Source: Mobula hypostoma (taxonomy: Eukaryota). From it: 64,000 nucleotides of DNA. The position numbers and the translations under genes were made by a program. Positions 37,879-50,751 of this stretch are shown here, piece after piece (positions within the stretch are counted from its first letter, which is position 1; the number at the start of each line of letters is the position of its first letter). Location of the stretch: NCBI RefSeq assembly GCF_963921235.1, contig NC_086097.1, forward strand, positions 69,938,001 to 70,002,000, written 5' to 3'. Under the pieces are notes generated by a model, which made no database searches, was not told the origin of the DNA, and saw only the letters and a program-made list of their open reading frames with translations.

Positions 37879-38075
37879 CAAGGGGTGATTGATAAGTTCG
37901 TGGCCTAAGGTAGGAGGAGTCAATTTCAGAAAACTTAGCACATTTATTTTTCAACATAGTCCCCCCCCCTACATTTGCACACTTTGTCCAGCGGTCATGG
38001 AGCATACAGATCTTGGACCTCCTGAAAGTGTCCAGCAGGGGTGATTGATAAGTTCATAGCCCAAGGTAGAAGGAG
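37879..38075. mobile_element. Mariner-type MITE end fragment
   Basis: TA|CAAGGGGTGATTGATAAGTTCGTGGCCTAAGG, with a second direct copy of this TIR-like motif at about 38036-38075. Confidence 0.55.
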
Positions 38076-39524
38076 ATGGCAGGTGTGTTTACAGATATTT
38101 TTAATCTCTCCTTCTCCCAGCTTAGAGTGCCCTCCTGCTTCAAAACATCCACCATAGTCCCTGTACTTAAAAAGACCAAGGTAACATGTCTGAATGACTG
38201 GCATCCTGTCACACTGACCTCAATAATAAGCAAATGCTTAGGGAGGCTGGTCAAGGACCACATCTGCAGCTTGCTACCACCCACACTGGACCCCCTACAA
38301 TTCACCTGCCGACACAACCGATCGACAGATGATGCAATTGCCACAGCTCTACACACTGTCCTTACGCATATGGAGAAGATGGATGTTTATGTGAGAATAC
38401 TGTTCTTGGACTACAGTTCAGCATTCAACACCTTAAATCCCTCCAGGCTTGACAAGAAGCTCAGAGACCTCAGTCTTCACCCTGCCTTGTGCAGCTGGAT
38501 CCTGGACTTCCTGTCAGATCACCAGCAGGTTGTAAGAGTGAGCTCCCTCACCTCTGCCCCTCTGACCCTCAACACAGGAGCCCCCAGGGCTGTGTCCTAA
38601 GGCCCCTCCTTTACACTTTGTACCTCTATGACTCTGTCAATACCCACAGCTCCAATCTGCTAATTAAATTTGCTGATGATACTACACTGATTGGCCTTAG
38701 CTCAACTAATAACGAGGCAGCCTACAGAGAAGAAGTCATCACCCTGACACAGTGGTGTCAAGAAAACAACCTCCCCCTCAAAGTCAAAAAAACATAGGAG
38801 CTGGCTGTGGACTTCAGGAGGAATGGAGACAGGCTAACCCCTATTGACATCAATGGATCTGCGGTTGACAGGGTGAACAGCTTTAAGTTCCTCAGTATAC
38901 ACATCACTGAGGACCTCACTTGGTCTGTACATACTGGCTGTGTGGTGAAAAATGCACAACAGCACCTCTTTCACCCCAGAGGCTGAAGAGGTTTGGCATG
39001 AGTCTCCAAAACCAAAGCACTTCCTACAGGGACATAATTGAGAGCATCCTGACTGGCTGCATCACTGCCTGGTATGGGAACTGTACTTCCCTCAATCGCA
39101 GGACTCCACAGAGAGTGGTGCGGACAGCCCAGCGCATCTGTAGATGTGAACTTCACACTATTCAGGAAGTTTACAATGACAGATGCGTAAAAAGGGCCCG
39201 AAGGATCATTGGGGACCTGAGTCACCCCAACCACAAACTGTTCCAGCTGCTATCATCTGGGAAACGGTACTGCAGCATTAAAACCAGGACCAACAGGTTC
39301 CAGGACAGCTTCTTCCACTAGGCCATCAGACTAATTAATTCACGCTGATACAATTGTATTTCTATGTTATACTGACTGTCCTATTGTATATCTTACCGTA
39401 CATACTATTATTAATGACTAATTTGCACATTGCACATTCGGACAGAGATGCAATGTAAAGATTTTTACTCCTCATGTATAGGTAGGATGTAAGAAATAAA
39501 GTCAATTGAATTCAGTTCAATTCA
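38076..39524 (+). mobile_element. Rex1/Babar LINE, 5'-truncated (RT to 3' end)
   Basis: LNDWHPVTLTS, LDPLQF...RSTDDAI, FLDYSSAFNT, PQGCVL, KFADDTTLIG, LSSGKRYCSIKTRTNRFQDSF; ends aataaagtcaattgaattcagttcaattca. Confidence 0.92.
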
Positions 39525-40139
39525 CTGGACACAATGGCCACAAGGGCAGATCAGAGGTTGAGTACTCAGTGGTGAGTGACTCACCTCTTGTTCAACCAAG
39601 GTCTTTCTAACCCAGATGACTGCAGAATCGAACAACACTCAGAAACTTGGTACCATCCAGGACCCTAAACATTTAATCCCTCCATCACTTTCAAACAGAG
39701 GCTGCAGCATATACCATCTACAAAATGCACAGAGTTTGTTAACCTAAGTCAGTCAAATAGCATTTTCCAAGCCTGCTGTCTTTGCCACCTAGAAGTACAG
39801 GTGCCTCAGGCAAATGGGAAAATCATGTTCCTGCTCCATACTAAATGACATGTTGACATGAAATACCTTACCATCCCTTCATCATAACTTGGTCTCAATG
39901 CTAGAACTCCCTCCCCAATAGCACTTAACTGGAAGGATTGTAACAGTATAAGAAGGCAGCTCTAAGTCACAGACAATTAAGGACTGGCAATAAATTCTGT
40001 GCTTATAATGCCCAGATTCTGAAAATAATAATGCACGGCAAAGTGTCTGTGCAGAGGAGTATACTGAGTTTCTGGAAGGTACTACATAAATGTATTCACT
40101 TTCCTAATGCTTTCATTAGGAAATTAATAAATTGCAGAA

Positions 40140-42280
40140 TGGGATACAATATTCTATTAAAGACGCAGATGGGAGTTGTATACAGACCTTTGAACAGTAG
40201 CAAATATGTATTTTACAAATTACAACAGCAGATAGAAAATGCATGTCAAAATGGCGATGTTATGATAGTCATGGGGGATTTCAATATGCAGGTAGATTGG
40301 GAAAATCAGGTTGGTGATGGATCCCAAGACGTGGAATTTGTAGAACACTAACAAGATGGTTTTTTAGAGAAGCTCATGGTTGAGGCCACTAGATGATCAA
40401 CTGTTCTGGATTAGGTGTTGTGCAATGAACCAGAATTGATTAAAGAGCTTGAAGTAAGGGAACCCTTAGGGGCCAATATGATGGAATTCACCCTGAAATT
40501 TGAGGAGAGGCTGAAGTCAGATATATCAGTATTACAGTGGGAGTAAAGGGAATTACAGAGGCCAAAATTAATTGAAAGGGAACACTAGCAGGGATGATGG
40601 CAAAGCAGCAATGTCTGGAGTTTCTGGGAGCAATTCGGAAGGCACAAGGTATATACATCCCAAAGTAGTAGTAATATTCTAAAGGCAGGATGAAGCAACC
40701 GTGGCTGATAAGAGAAGTCAAAACCAACATAAAAGCCAAAGAGAGAGCATATACTAGAGCAAAAATTAGTGGGAAGTTAGAGGATTGGAAAGCTTTCAGA
40801 AGGAAATTATGGGCCAGTTAGCCTGACCTCAGTGGTTGGGAAGATGTTGAAGTCAATTGTTAAGGATGTGGTTTCACGTACTTGGAAGGCAACTGAAAAG
40901 TCATAAGGAAGGAAAAGATGGAATACAAAGGCGAGCTTGTCTATATTATTGAAGAGGATATCAAAAGTTTCTTCAGATATATAAAGTGTAAAGGAGAGGT
41001 AGTAATGGGGGACAAGGAAACGGCCAATGAACTGAATAAGTATTTTGCATCAGTCTTCACTGTGGAAGGTAGTAGCAGTAAGTCAGAAGTTCAAGAGTGG
41101 CAGGGGACGGAAGTGAGTGAAGTTGCCATTACTAGGGAGAAGGTTCTTAGGTAAACTGAATGGTCTGAAGGTAGATATGTCCCCTGGACCAGATGGTCTA
41201 CACCCCAGGGATCTGAAAGAGGCAGCTGAAGAGATTGTGGAGGCATTATTAATGATCTTTCAAGAACCACTAGATTCTGGAATGGTTCTTGAAGACTGGA
41301 AAATTGCAAATGTCATTTCTCTCTTCAAGAAGGGAGAGAGGCAGAAGGAAATTATGGGCCAGTTAGACTGACCTCAGTGGTTGGGAAGATGTTGAAGTCA
41401 ATTGTTAAGGATGTGGTTTTGCATATTTGGAAGCACATGATAAAAAAGGTGGAAGTCAGCATGGTTTCCTCAAGGAAACTATGTCTTGCCTGACAAATCT
41501 GTTGGAATTCTTTTAAGAAATAACAAGCAGGATAGACAAAGGAGAATCAGTGGCTGTTGTGTACACATGAGGTTGAAACAGACTTGGGAATCCTTGTGCA
41601 GGATTCCCTTAAGGTTAATTTTCAAGTTAAGTCAGTAGTGAGGAAGGCAAATGGATGTTAGCACTTATTTTGAAAGCACTAGAATATGAGAACAAGGATG
41701 TAGTGTTTATAAGGCACTGGTGAGGCCTCTCAGAGTATTTTGAGCAGTTTTGGGCCTTATCTAAGAAAAGATGTGCTGACATTGGAGAGTGTTCAAAGGA
41801 GATTCACAAAGATGATTCTGAGATTGAAAGGCTTATGATATGAGGAGTGTTTGATTGCTCTGGGCCTGTTCTTACTGGAATTCAGAAGAATGAGAGGGAG
41901 ATCATTGAAATTTATTGAATGTTGAAAGTCCGACAGAGTGGATGTGGAGAGGATGTTCCCTATGGTGGGGAGTCTAAGACCAGAGGACACAGCCTCAGAA
42001 TAGAGGGACGTCCATTTAGAACAGAGATAAGGAGGAATTTCTTTAGCCAGAGAGTGGTGAATCTGTGGAATTCATTGCCACAGGCAGCTGTGAAGGCCAA
42101 GTCACTAGGTATATTTAAGGCAGAGTTTGATAGATTCTTGATTGGTCAGGGCATGAAGGGATACAAGGAGAAGGCAGGAGGTTGGGACTGAGAGGGAAAT
42201 GGATCAGATATGATGAAATGGCAGAACAGACTTGATGGGCCAAATGGCCTAATACTGCTCCTATGTCTTATGATTAAGAT
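40140..42280 (+). mobile_element. CR1 LINE ORF2 fragment with internal deletions and a displaced duplicate segment
   Basis: GVVYRP, MGDFN, SPGPDGLHPR, TRGHSLRIEG, RVVNLWNSLP; tail ctcctatgtcttatga. Confidence 0.9.
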
Positions 42281-43814
42281 AATCCTTCACCCTGGGTGAG
42301 AGATAGATTGTAGACATTTATTAATTTACAATAAGCTGAAATGGGAAACCAGAAGTGAAAAGGTGACCTAGAATCTGAAGTGACTCAGTGCCATTTAAGA
42401 AACAGTTAAAATTGATGACAGTACATTCTGAGCATGAGTAACACAGCAATAATTTAATCATTAGTTCTTCATCCAGTACGAGCCTGGGGTTGTATTGGAT
42501 TTCTGTTTTCTTAAGGTCACAATTCTTCCAACTGAACAAGAAGGAGAAAACCAGACAACACTCAAATATTTACCAGGCCGTATCAACCAACTGCCCTACA
42601 TGAATGCTGTCATTGCCGATGAGTTTTATGATGGTTTGCATTGGCCAACAAACCTTTTGGACAATGCATGTTTATAGTGGAGGATTAGATCAGAAGTCAA
42701 AATGAAAAGGAAGGAAGAGCCAAGGGAATCTGAACTATGATACAAGAAGTAATTCTAGACAAGTAAAGCTCCATACACAGAGTTCATGTTCTGGTCACCC
42801 ACCATCCCAATGCTTGCCAAGCTACATAGGCATATGGTTAAGCAATGCCTCTGTTTTAAATTTGTTATTGTTTGTTTTCCTTGCCCTACACTGTTCAAGG
42901 TATTTGCACCCATTTAATTCTGGCGTCATGGCCATCCCTGACTGTAATCACATTGGCAGCCATTCCTTCACTGGCCCGAGCCGAAAGCTCTGGAATTTCC
43001 TTCCTAAAGCTCTTGGCCAAATACTCTGCTTTCTGCCTTTACTGAGTTCCTTAAAATTTGCCTCCTTTGTCAAACCTTCAGCAATCTAAAGACAAAAAGT
43101 TGCATACGCCAGAAATAGGAAATAAAATTAGAGAATGCTGGAAATAATCAGCTGGTCTGGCAGCATTTGCTGCAAGAAAAACAGATAGTGTTTCAGGTTG
43201 ATGACTTTCTAACAGCAGTGTGATTTGTAAAAAAAAGATCGGTTTTGAGTCACAGAGAGAGGGAGGGAGTGTGGAGAGAACAGATGGAACTTGATACGAT
43301 TGAAGGCAGGAGTGACACATTTGGTTGTGGTGTCAGTTGAAAGTGGACTGTATGGGTGTAGATGTAAACTGAAGCAGAACAATAAAACTGAAGTATCTGA
43401 GAGAATTACCTTTACTGATTTCAATTTATGCCAGTCTCATGTCTATTAATGTTCCTGTGAAGTGCATAGGAACTGTTTTTGCTTGATAAAAGTGTTATAT
43501 AAATGGAAGTTTGTATTATTGTTGTTAATTCCTATTTGGATGATTGTTAAAGGGGACAATGCTATTATATTGTATGGCTGAATTCCAAAAGCAGGTGCCG
43601 GCAGGTTTGCTGCTCTTTCTTCAACAATTCCGGAAAACTGTAAGGATTTAAAATTACATGTTAAATTTTAATTGGTGTTTTAAAAGAATAAGGTAAAACA
43701 GTTACAAGCTTAGGTAATTATAAAGCATAAATAACTTTATGGGTACTGATGCTACTTTGAAATTTACCATCAAAAACAAATGTAGTCTCCTTTATTAATT
43801 ATAGTAAGGAATGG

Positions 43815-44020
43815 GTGCGTGGAATGCACTGCCAGCGAAGGTGGGAGAGGCGGATACAATAGGGTCTTTTTAGAGACTCTTAGATAGGTACATGGAGCTT
43901 AGAAAAATAGAGGGCTATGTGGTAGGGAAATTCTAGGCAGTTTCTGGAGTAGGTTACGTGGTCGGCACAACATTGTGGGCTGAAGGGCCTGTAATGTGCT
44001 GTAGATTTCTAGGTTTCTGT
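43815..44020 (+). mobile_element. CR1 3' tail fragment
   Basis: gcgtggaatgcactgcca ... gtcggcacaacattgtgggctgaagggcctgtaatgtgctgta. Confidence 0.8.
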
Positions 44021-44595
44021 TTTCTTCCCTCCTTGCCCCAAAATAAGATTATTGTATAGTTCAGATCTACCTTAGAATTAAAATTTAGCTTCATTTGTGG
44101 TGATAGTCCTCCTTGAGTTTAGATGAAGTAGAATATACCTTCCAGGTTGTTTGTGGAGGGATAACCTAAAGCATAAATGACCGCAGCACTTTCTAACAAC
44201 TTGCACTTAATATAAAACTTTTATCATCATTTAACATTCTTTGCATGAAGTGTGTAAAAATAACACTATAGAAAGAACTGAATAATCTTCATTAGAATTT
44301 ATTTACAGTGTCAAGTCTTCTGCAAACTTGCCATCTTGAATTTTGGCCATTAATGGGATTTAACATATTCCTTTACAGTTTCCTTTGAGGCAAATGTATA
44401 TCTTTAGCAATAAAAATACATTTTTCATTAAATACTTGTGCATGTAATGGTTGCAAAGACAGTCAAGCATTAAGGTAAAGGATATCACATATCCGATATC
44501 TAATGCTTTTGCTATGGCATTAGGAAGTTTTACATTGTATTAGCAACTCAGCACGGTAAAAGTTCATTGAACCCAAATTTTCATATCTGTATCTA

Positions 44596-45125
44596 CACTA
44601 AGTGGCCACTTTACTGGGTACACCTGCTCATTAATGCAAATATCTTAATCAGTCAATCATGTGGCAGCAACTCAATGCATAAAAGTATGCTGATATGGTT
44701 AGGAGGTCCAGTTGTTGTTCAGACCAAACATCAGAATGGGGAAGAAATGTAATTTATATGACTTTGACTGTGAAATGATTGTTGGTGTCAGGCAGGGTGG
44801 TTTGAGTATCTCAAACCGCTGATCTCCTGGGATTTTCAAGTATCTAGGGTTTACAGAGAATGGTGCAAAAAAAAACAAAGAAAAAACACAAGCAGCAGTT
44901 CTGTGGGTGAAATCACCTTGTTAATGATCAGAGGAGAATGGCCAGTCTGGTTCAAGCTGACAGGAGGGCAACAGTAACTCAAATAATCACACATTACAAT
45001 AGCGGTGTGTAGAAAAGCATCTCTGAACACACAATACATCAAACCTTGAAGTGGATGGGCTACAGCAGCAGAAGACCACAAACACACACTCAGTGCAGAG
45101 GTACTAATGAAGTAGCCACTGAGTG
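44596..45125 (+). mobile_element. Non-autonomous Tc1-like element (TIRs + transposase N-terminal HTH remnant)
   Basis: TA|CACTAAGTGGCCACTTTACTGGGTAC ... GTACTAATGAAGTAGCCACTGAGTG|TA; MGKKCNLYDFDCEMIVGVR...LVQADRRATVTQI...LKWMGYSSRRP. Confidence 0.88.
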
Positions 45126-45208
45126 TATATGCCTTGCAGACACAGGAGGACATGTAGGAGTGGGGCTGATGCTGATCAATATGTGGAATATCATGAATGG
45201 CCCACATT

Positions 45209-46990
45209 CTAAATCAAGTTTATTGTCATCTGATTGTGTGTGTGTATATATATACAACCAAACACAACAATGTTCCAGTGGGCAGCAGTGTACCCACAAA
45301 ACATATCACACACAACATATAAATAAAATATCAGCACAAATAAGTTAATATAACTCAAATGAAGTGTACAGCACTATTAAACAGCGAACAGTACAGCAAA
45401 CAGCTTGTTGTCCTAGTGACGAGACTTTGGTTGTGGCAGGGTATTCATTAGTCCCACAGCCTGGAGGAGGAAGCTGTTACCCAATCTGACATTCTTAGTC
45501 CTGATGCTCCTGCATCTCCTTCCTGATAGTAGTGGGTGAAAGAGACTGTGGGATGGGTGGTAGGGATCCTCAGCAATGCTTTGGGCCTTCTGTAACAACA
45601 CTCTTGGTAAATGGCACAAACAGCGGGGGAGGGAGACCCCAGTGATCATCCTGGCAGTGTGTACTATCCCCTGTAGGGTCTTACATTCCGATGCCTGACA
45701 GCCTCCGTACCACACGATGATGCATTCAGACAAGACACTCTCAATGGCGCTCCTGTAGAACGTTGTTAGAATGGGGGTGGGGAACCTTGCATGCCTCAGT
45801 TTCCTCAGAAAGTGTAGATGCTGCTGTGCCTTGTTGACTTATGAGGAGGTGTTATTGGTCCAAGTTAGTTTGTCATTTACGTGTACATTAAGGAACTTTG
45901 TGCTCTTCACTTTCCTCAGAGCAGAGCAATTGATGTGCAATGGAGAGTGGTTGAACTGTGCCTTCCTGAAGTCCACAATCATCTCTTTTGTCTTGTCCTC
46001 AGTGAGATTCAGGTCATTGTACTAACACCATTTGTCAAGCCTCTTTCCCTCCTCTCTGTATGCCGACTCATCATTTTGTCGATGAGGCCAACCACTGTTG
46101 TATCATCAGCAAACTTAATAATGCCACTTGTGTTGGGTCTGATCTGGTAGTGCAGATGTGAGTCAGCAGCATGAACAGCAGGAAGCTGAGCACACAGCCC
46201 TGGGGAACTACCATGCTCAGTGTGGTGGAACTTGAGATGTTGCTGCCAACTTGGACTGACTGGAGTCTTTTCATGAAGAAGTCCAAGATCCAGTTTCAGA
46301 GGGGAGCAGCTGAGTCTGAACGAGGCCAGTTTACCCACCAGCCTCTGAGGGATGATCACCAAGCTGATGTTGATGAACAACATCCTGGTGTATGAGGCAT
46401 CATGTTCTAGGTGGGACAGTACTGAATGCAGAGCCAAGGCTATGGCATTATCATTGGCCCAATTTGAGCTGTAGGTGAACTGGAAAGGGGCCAATGTAGT
46501 TGTAAGGTGGGATTTTATGTGATCCCTTACCAGCTGCTCAAAGCACTTCATGATTGTTGAGGTCAGTGCCCTGGGCATTAATCGTTCAGTCCAATTACCA
46601 TCGCTCTCTTGGGCACCACAATGATGGTGGCTGCCTTGAAGCCTGCAAGGACAGCAGACTGTTGCAACCTGTTCATTAAGGCCTCTGTTGACTGGGCAAC
46701 ACAATCCATCAGCACCTGACCAGGTAATTTGTCCAGCCATGCACGTTACCCTCCTCACCTCATCTGTGGCCAAACAGGGTGTTTGTACCTCACAGGGAGG
46801 GGGGGCTTTCCTCAATGTTAACTCATTTACTGTGTCAACTTGTGCATAGAAGACATTCAGCCTATCAGGAAGGGAGGTATTGCTGTCATTGACACATCAG
46901 GTGGACTTGTAATCAGTTATTGTTTGTATATCTTGCCACATGTGCTTCATGTCCCCGGTGTCACCAAATTTTCTGTGAGTACTGACAGCA
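45209..46990 (-). mobile_element. Rex1/Babar LINE fragment
   Basis: [58 protein letters not shown]. Confidence 0.9.
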
Positions 46991-49297
46991 GGGGACAAGT
47001 TTGCAGTGACTAGGTACCTGCTCTTAGTTCTAATTGTTGCAGGGTTAAAAAGAACTTTTCAAACACACTCTGCTCTGAGCAGCGGTATGATCACTTAGGT
47101 AAGTTATAAATAATCCTCTGCCACATTATCCTTTTATCAGTAGTTCACTTTGCCAAATATTTACCAACTAATTGAAGATGAGCTAGCCAATGCTTTCCAA
47201 AATCATGCTTTTTTCTTGATTCCCCTTATGCTGCTATATAATCTACTTCCCCAAATGGTAAGTCGGTAAAAAAACATTTTAATTTCTTTTATTTCCAATC
47301 ATGTGCTTACAACACATTTTGAAAGTCACTGGGTTAGAAACAGCCTGCATTGCTTCAATCAACTATCACCTGATATTGAATTAAACTGGACTTAAGTAAG
47401 GAGTTGAGTAAGGAGTTCTCCATTTTACCTGACAACCCAGGATGAAATTCCACCCTTGTATTTTGCACAGATAATGCACATTTCTGAATTCCAAAATATA
47501 TTCCTAATACTCATTATTGTTAAAATACATAATTTATGCTCAATATTGAGAAGTTTATTGGCCAAAATCCCAGCCTCTACACTAGCTCTAATCTCTAATG
47601 TGTTCCAAGGTCAAATTGACTTCATTTGGGACCGCACCACACTTGGTGAACAACTGAAAGTGATATGCTTCAGTATTCTAACAAGCCTGCTCTATATCCT
47701 AATGGAAGCAGAAATCACATTTGACATGATGGAATGCAAATTCCTCCCAACCCTCACGGATGTACCCTTTGGAAGATAGTAAAATTACTGTATTTCTGCA
47801 CCAACACACAACAAAGAGCTATTACTTTTTGTTCTTCTGAATTTCATTCCAACAATGGAACTGGAGGCCAGATTTGTCTTCCATCTGCCCTTCCTTTGGT
47901 CTAACCTGTACACACACATCAGACTGATATCAAGAACTATAGACCACAATAACCCAATTTCCAAATCACCAGAAAATATAGAGGATTCTTTAGTTGTAAA
48001 TGCAGATTCTTATAACATACAGTAAGCAAAGACATCTACATCTGACTCTGGAAGATCTTCCCTTCATATGATTAGGACTGAGCTTAATCCACAACTCACT
48101 ATCTAATGCACAGTTGTGGCTGTAAGTGCACAGCTCTGCCACATCTAACCTGTACACATTCCATCAACAGACCAGAAAACAGCTTTAACAGCATCAACAA
48201 TAGTCGATTACTCTCCGTCTCAACTATGATGCTATTGTAGGTGTTGGGCACCTGATGATAGAACCTCAAAGTCAAAATTGGCAGAAGCAAACTAAAAGCA
48301 GCAGTGATGACACAGTGAACAGAACTGGCCTTCCTGTGGACTATTGGAACTACAGGATGACCACAGCTCCGGAATCTATTAACAGAGAACAAACAAACAT
48401 CCACACATGGATCAACGTGAAGGCAAGAACAGGACTTTGGGAAATGTCATTTGATTTATCTTCAGATAGCTGGCAGACATATGCTTGGATAAGTAACGGA
48501 GGCTGCAGGCAATCACCGTGTGATAGCCCTGGAGACATTTGAAGGGTCATAAGTGAAATGCACAGAGTGCAGGCTGGTACAATTTCCTCAGTGCTAACCA
48601 CACTTCCACTCCAATAACATGAGCATCATTTGCTCTTCTGGGTGATTGGAAGGACACATTCACATTGTCTCTTCCCCTCACTATACATGGGTGGTGTGTT
48701 GAATTGGGAATCCTGCCAGGATATTTATTGGAGGGAAAGTGGAGTCTCCAGATGAAGGAACTAAAGGATCTATATTTGTAAACTGACATGTAAGGAAGTG
48801 AGTCTGCAGCAGCCGTCTTAGGTGACAGGATAACCAGAGTGATTTCTTGGTCAAAAGTTTGTTCTGTATTATTCATTGGTATCCTACATGTTTGGCAGTT
48901 TTGTCAATTAAATACTATTTGGTTTTATAATTACTCATGTTAAGTATAACAATGGATTCCCAACAATTTTGTATTATTGCTATGTTATGTTTATATTCTA
49001 TGAAACTAATAAAAAGATTGAAAGAGAAAGAAAAAAGTTTGCGTGCTTGCAATATGTTTAACTACTATCAACTAATGCCAGGTGTAAGATATGCCTTTAG
49101 AAAAGGAAGTGTAAAACTTTGCATCAATATATCAGAAATTTGTAATATAAAAGAAAAGCATCTACAAAATTAGCTTCTATATCCCCAAATTATTCTTTCA
49201 AGATTCAGTTAAAACTAGGATGTAGTCCCACAGATTTGTTCTGAAGACAGGTATCATGCCATTTCACTAAAGCATAGTGTTGCCTCACACCTCTCAC

Positions 49298-49402
49298 CTG
49301 TGTAACTGCCCCACCCTAGAAAGGGTGCTATGGACCAGAAGAGAGCCGTCAACCACACAAAGGTCAATGCCAGCATAATATTGCGCTTGTCGACTCTGTG
49401 AG
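49298..49402 (-). CDS. opn6: Opsin (opn6-like) exon: TM4
   Basis: tttctccctgcag|CT CAC AGA...TAC ACA G|gtgaga, 105 nt, phase 1 to 1; (A)HRVDKRNIMLALTFVWLTALFWSIAPFLGWGSYT. Confidence 0.93.
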
Positions 49403-49771
49403 CTGCAGGGAGAAAGGAAAAGAATATAAGAATGCAAAGAAACATCTTGACAAAAGGTGGTAACACTGGGAAAAGGAATTATATTTCTGAGTAATACAAG
49501 GTAGCCAGATTGTTACTGAATGTTCATGGTCTTGCAACAAAAATCCCTTAAAATACATTGTTTCAATCATATTTGACTTCATTAACTTCATTATGTTACC
49601 CGCTACATTTCTCTTTTTTTATATAGGAAAGGTTATTATGTTTTTACATCATAAAGCTTACATGGTAAAGAACATAGTAGGAGTTTGCAGCTAAATTATT
49701 TCGTTTGCGGTGTTCCGATCTACGTTATACTGAAAAATTAACTCTGTTCAGTAGTCTTACTGGTGGTTTAC

Positions 49772-49871
49772 CTTGGTGTGGCTTACAGCCTTTGATGTAT
49801 CGAATGATGCTGATGGCTGTCAAAGTATTAATACTGCCCAGGCCAAACAGCAGAGTGAAAATCCCATCGAC
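49772..49871 (-). CDS. opn6: Opsin (opn6-like) exon: TM3 (not in the ORF track)
   Basis: tttaacttctag|GTC GAT GGG ATT...CAC CAA G|gtaaac, 100 nt, phase 0 to 1; VDGIFTLLFGLGSINTLTAISIIRYIKGCKPHQ. Confidence 0.93.
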
Positions 49872-50175
49872 CTAGAAGTTAAAGAAACTGAATCTAAGTA
49901 CTTCCAAGAAATTCTGTACCCACGAAATTCCAAATTAGCAGTTTGGCAAATGCAAAATTCTAACTCAATTTCAGAGATGAATACTTCATTTGAGATAATC
50001 TTCCATGATGCAGGACCAGTGACTGAACAAACTGCTTGAAATGGACCTGTAAAGCAGCATTAGTACCTTCTCAATATGACCACAGGCCATGTTTGACAAA
50101 TCAAACAAATCTATCAAAAGCATACCAATTCATGAGCAAGCTTGCCACAAAAGAAAAATAATGCTCTTTTATTTC

Positions 50176-50320
50176 ACAAACAAGAGAAAATCTGCAGATA
50201 CTGGAAATCCAAGCAATACACACAAAATGCTGCAGGCAGGCCCGGAATGTCAACTGTACTTTTTTCCATAGATGCTGCCTAGTCTTCTGAGTTCCTCCAG
50301 CAATTTTTGTGTGTTGCTCT
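50176..50320. mobile_element. Penelope-pLTR-derived fold-back element with deleted centre
   Basis: Arms gcaatacacacaaaatgctgcagg / cctccagcaatttttgtgtgttgc; same family as 63776-63980. Confidence 0.7.
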
Positions 50321-50751
50321 TTTATTTAATTTTGTTTTCATTTAAATCTAGAGCTGTACTCCCAGCTCTAACACAACTGTTATTATACCGCTGTTTTCAA
50401 ACCAAATGTATACAAGCTATAGATTGGGTTGTTACATAGACCTACAGTGTTCTAATAAACTGTAGGAGGGACATATTCACCACTAGCAAAAAATAGTTAA
50501 GAACAATTTTTCAAATTACAACATCTAAAAGATACTTATATGTTAGCTAATTAAAGTTTTGCAAGCATCTTACCTGATGTTGGTGTCAAATCTAACTGCA
50601 ATTTAGGACAGACTTCATCTCCTAATTTGCATAACATGGATATCAAGGACCTCTTGATGCAAATGGGAGCTCTTTTCAATGTATTTCTTCTTGAAATGGA
50701 TATAATTGGCCTCAGTTGCAGATTGATTGACTGCACCAGCTTTGGCAGGTT

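Noticed and set aside
48050..48880. Overlapping ORFs, possibly an old LINE or an extra opsin exon
   Set aside because: The opsin is already continuous across this intron (SYT|DRMY), and there are no diagnostic motifs to name a TE family.
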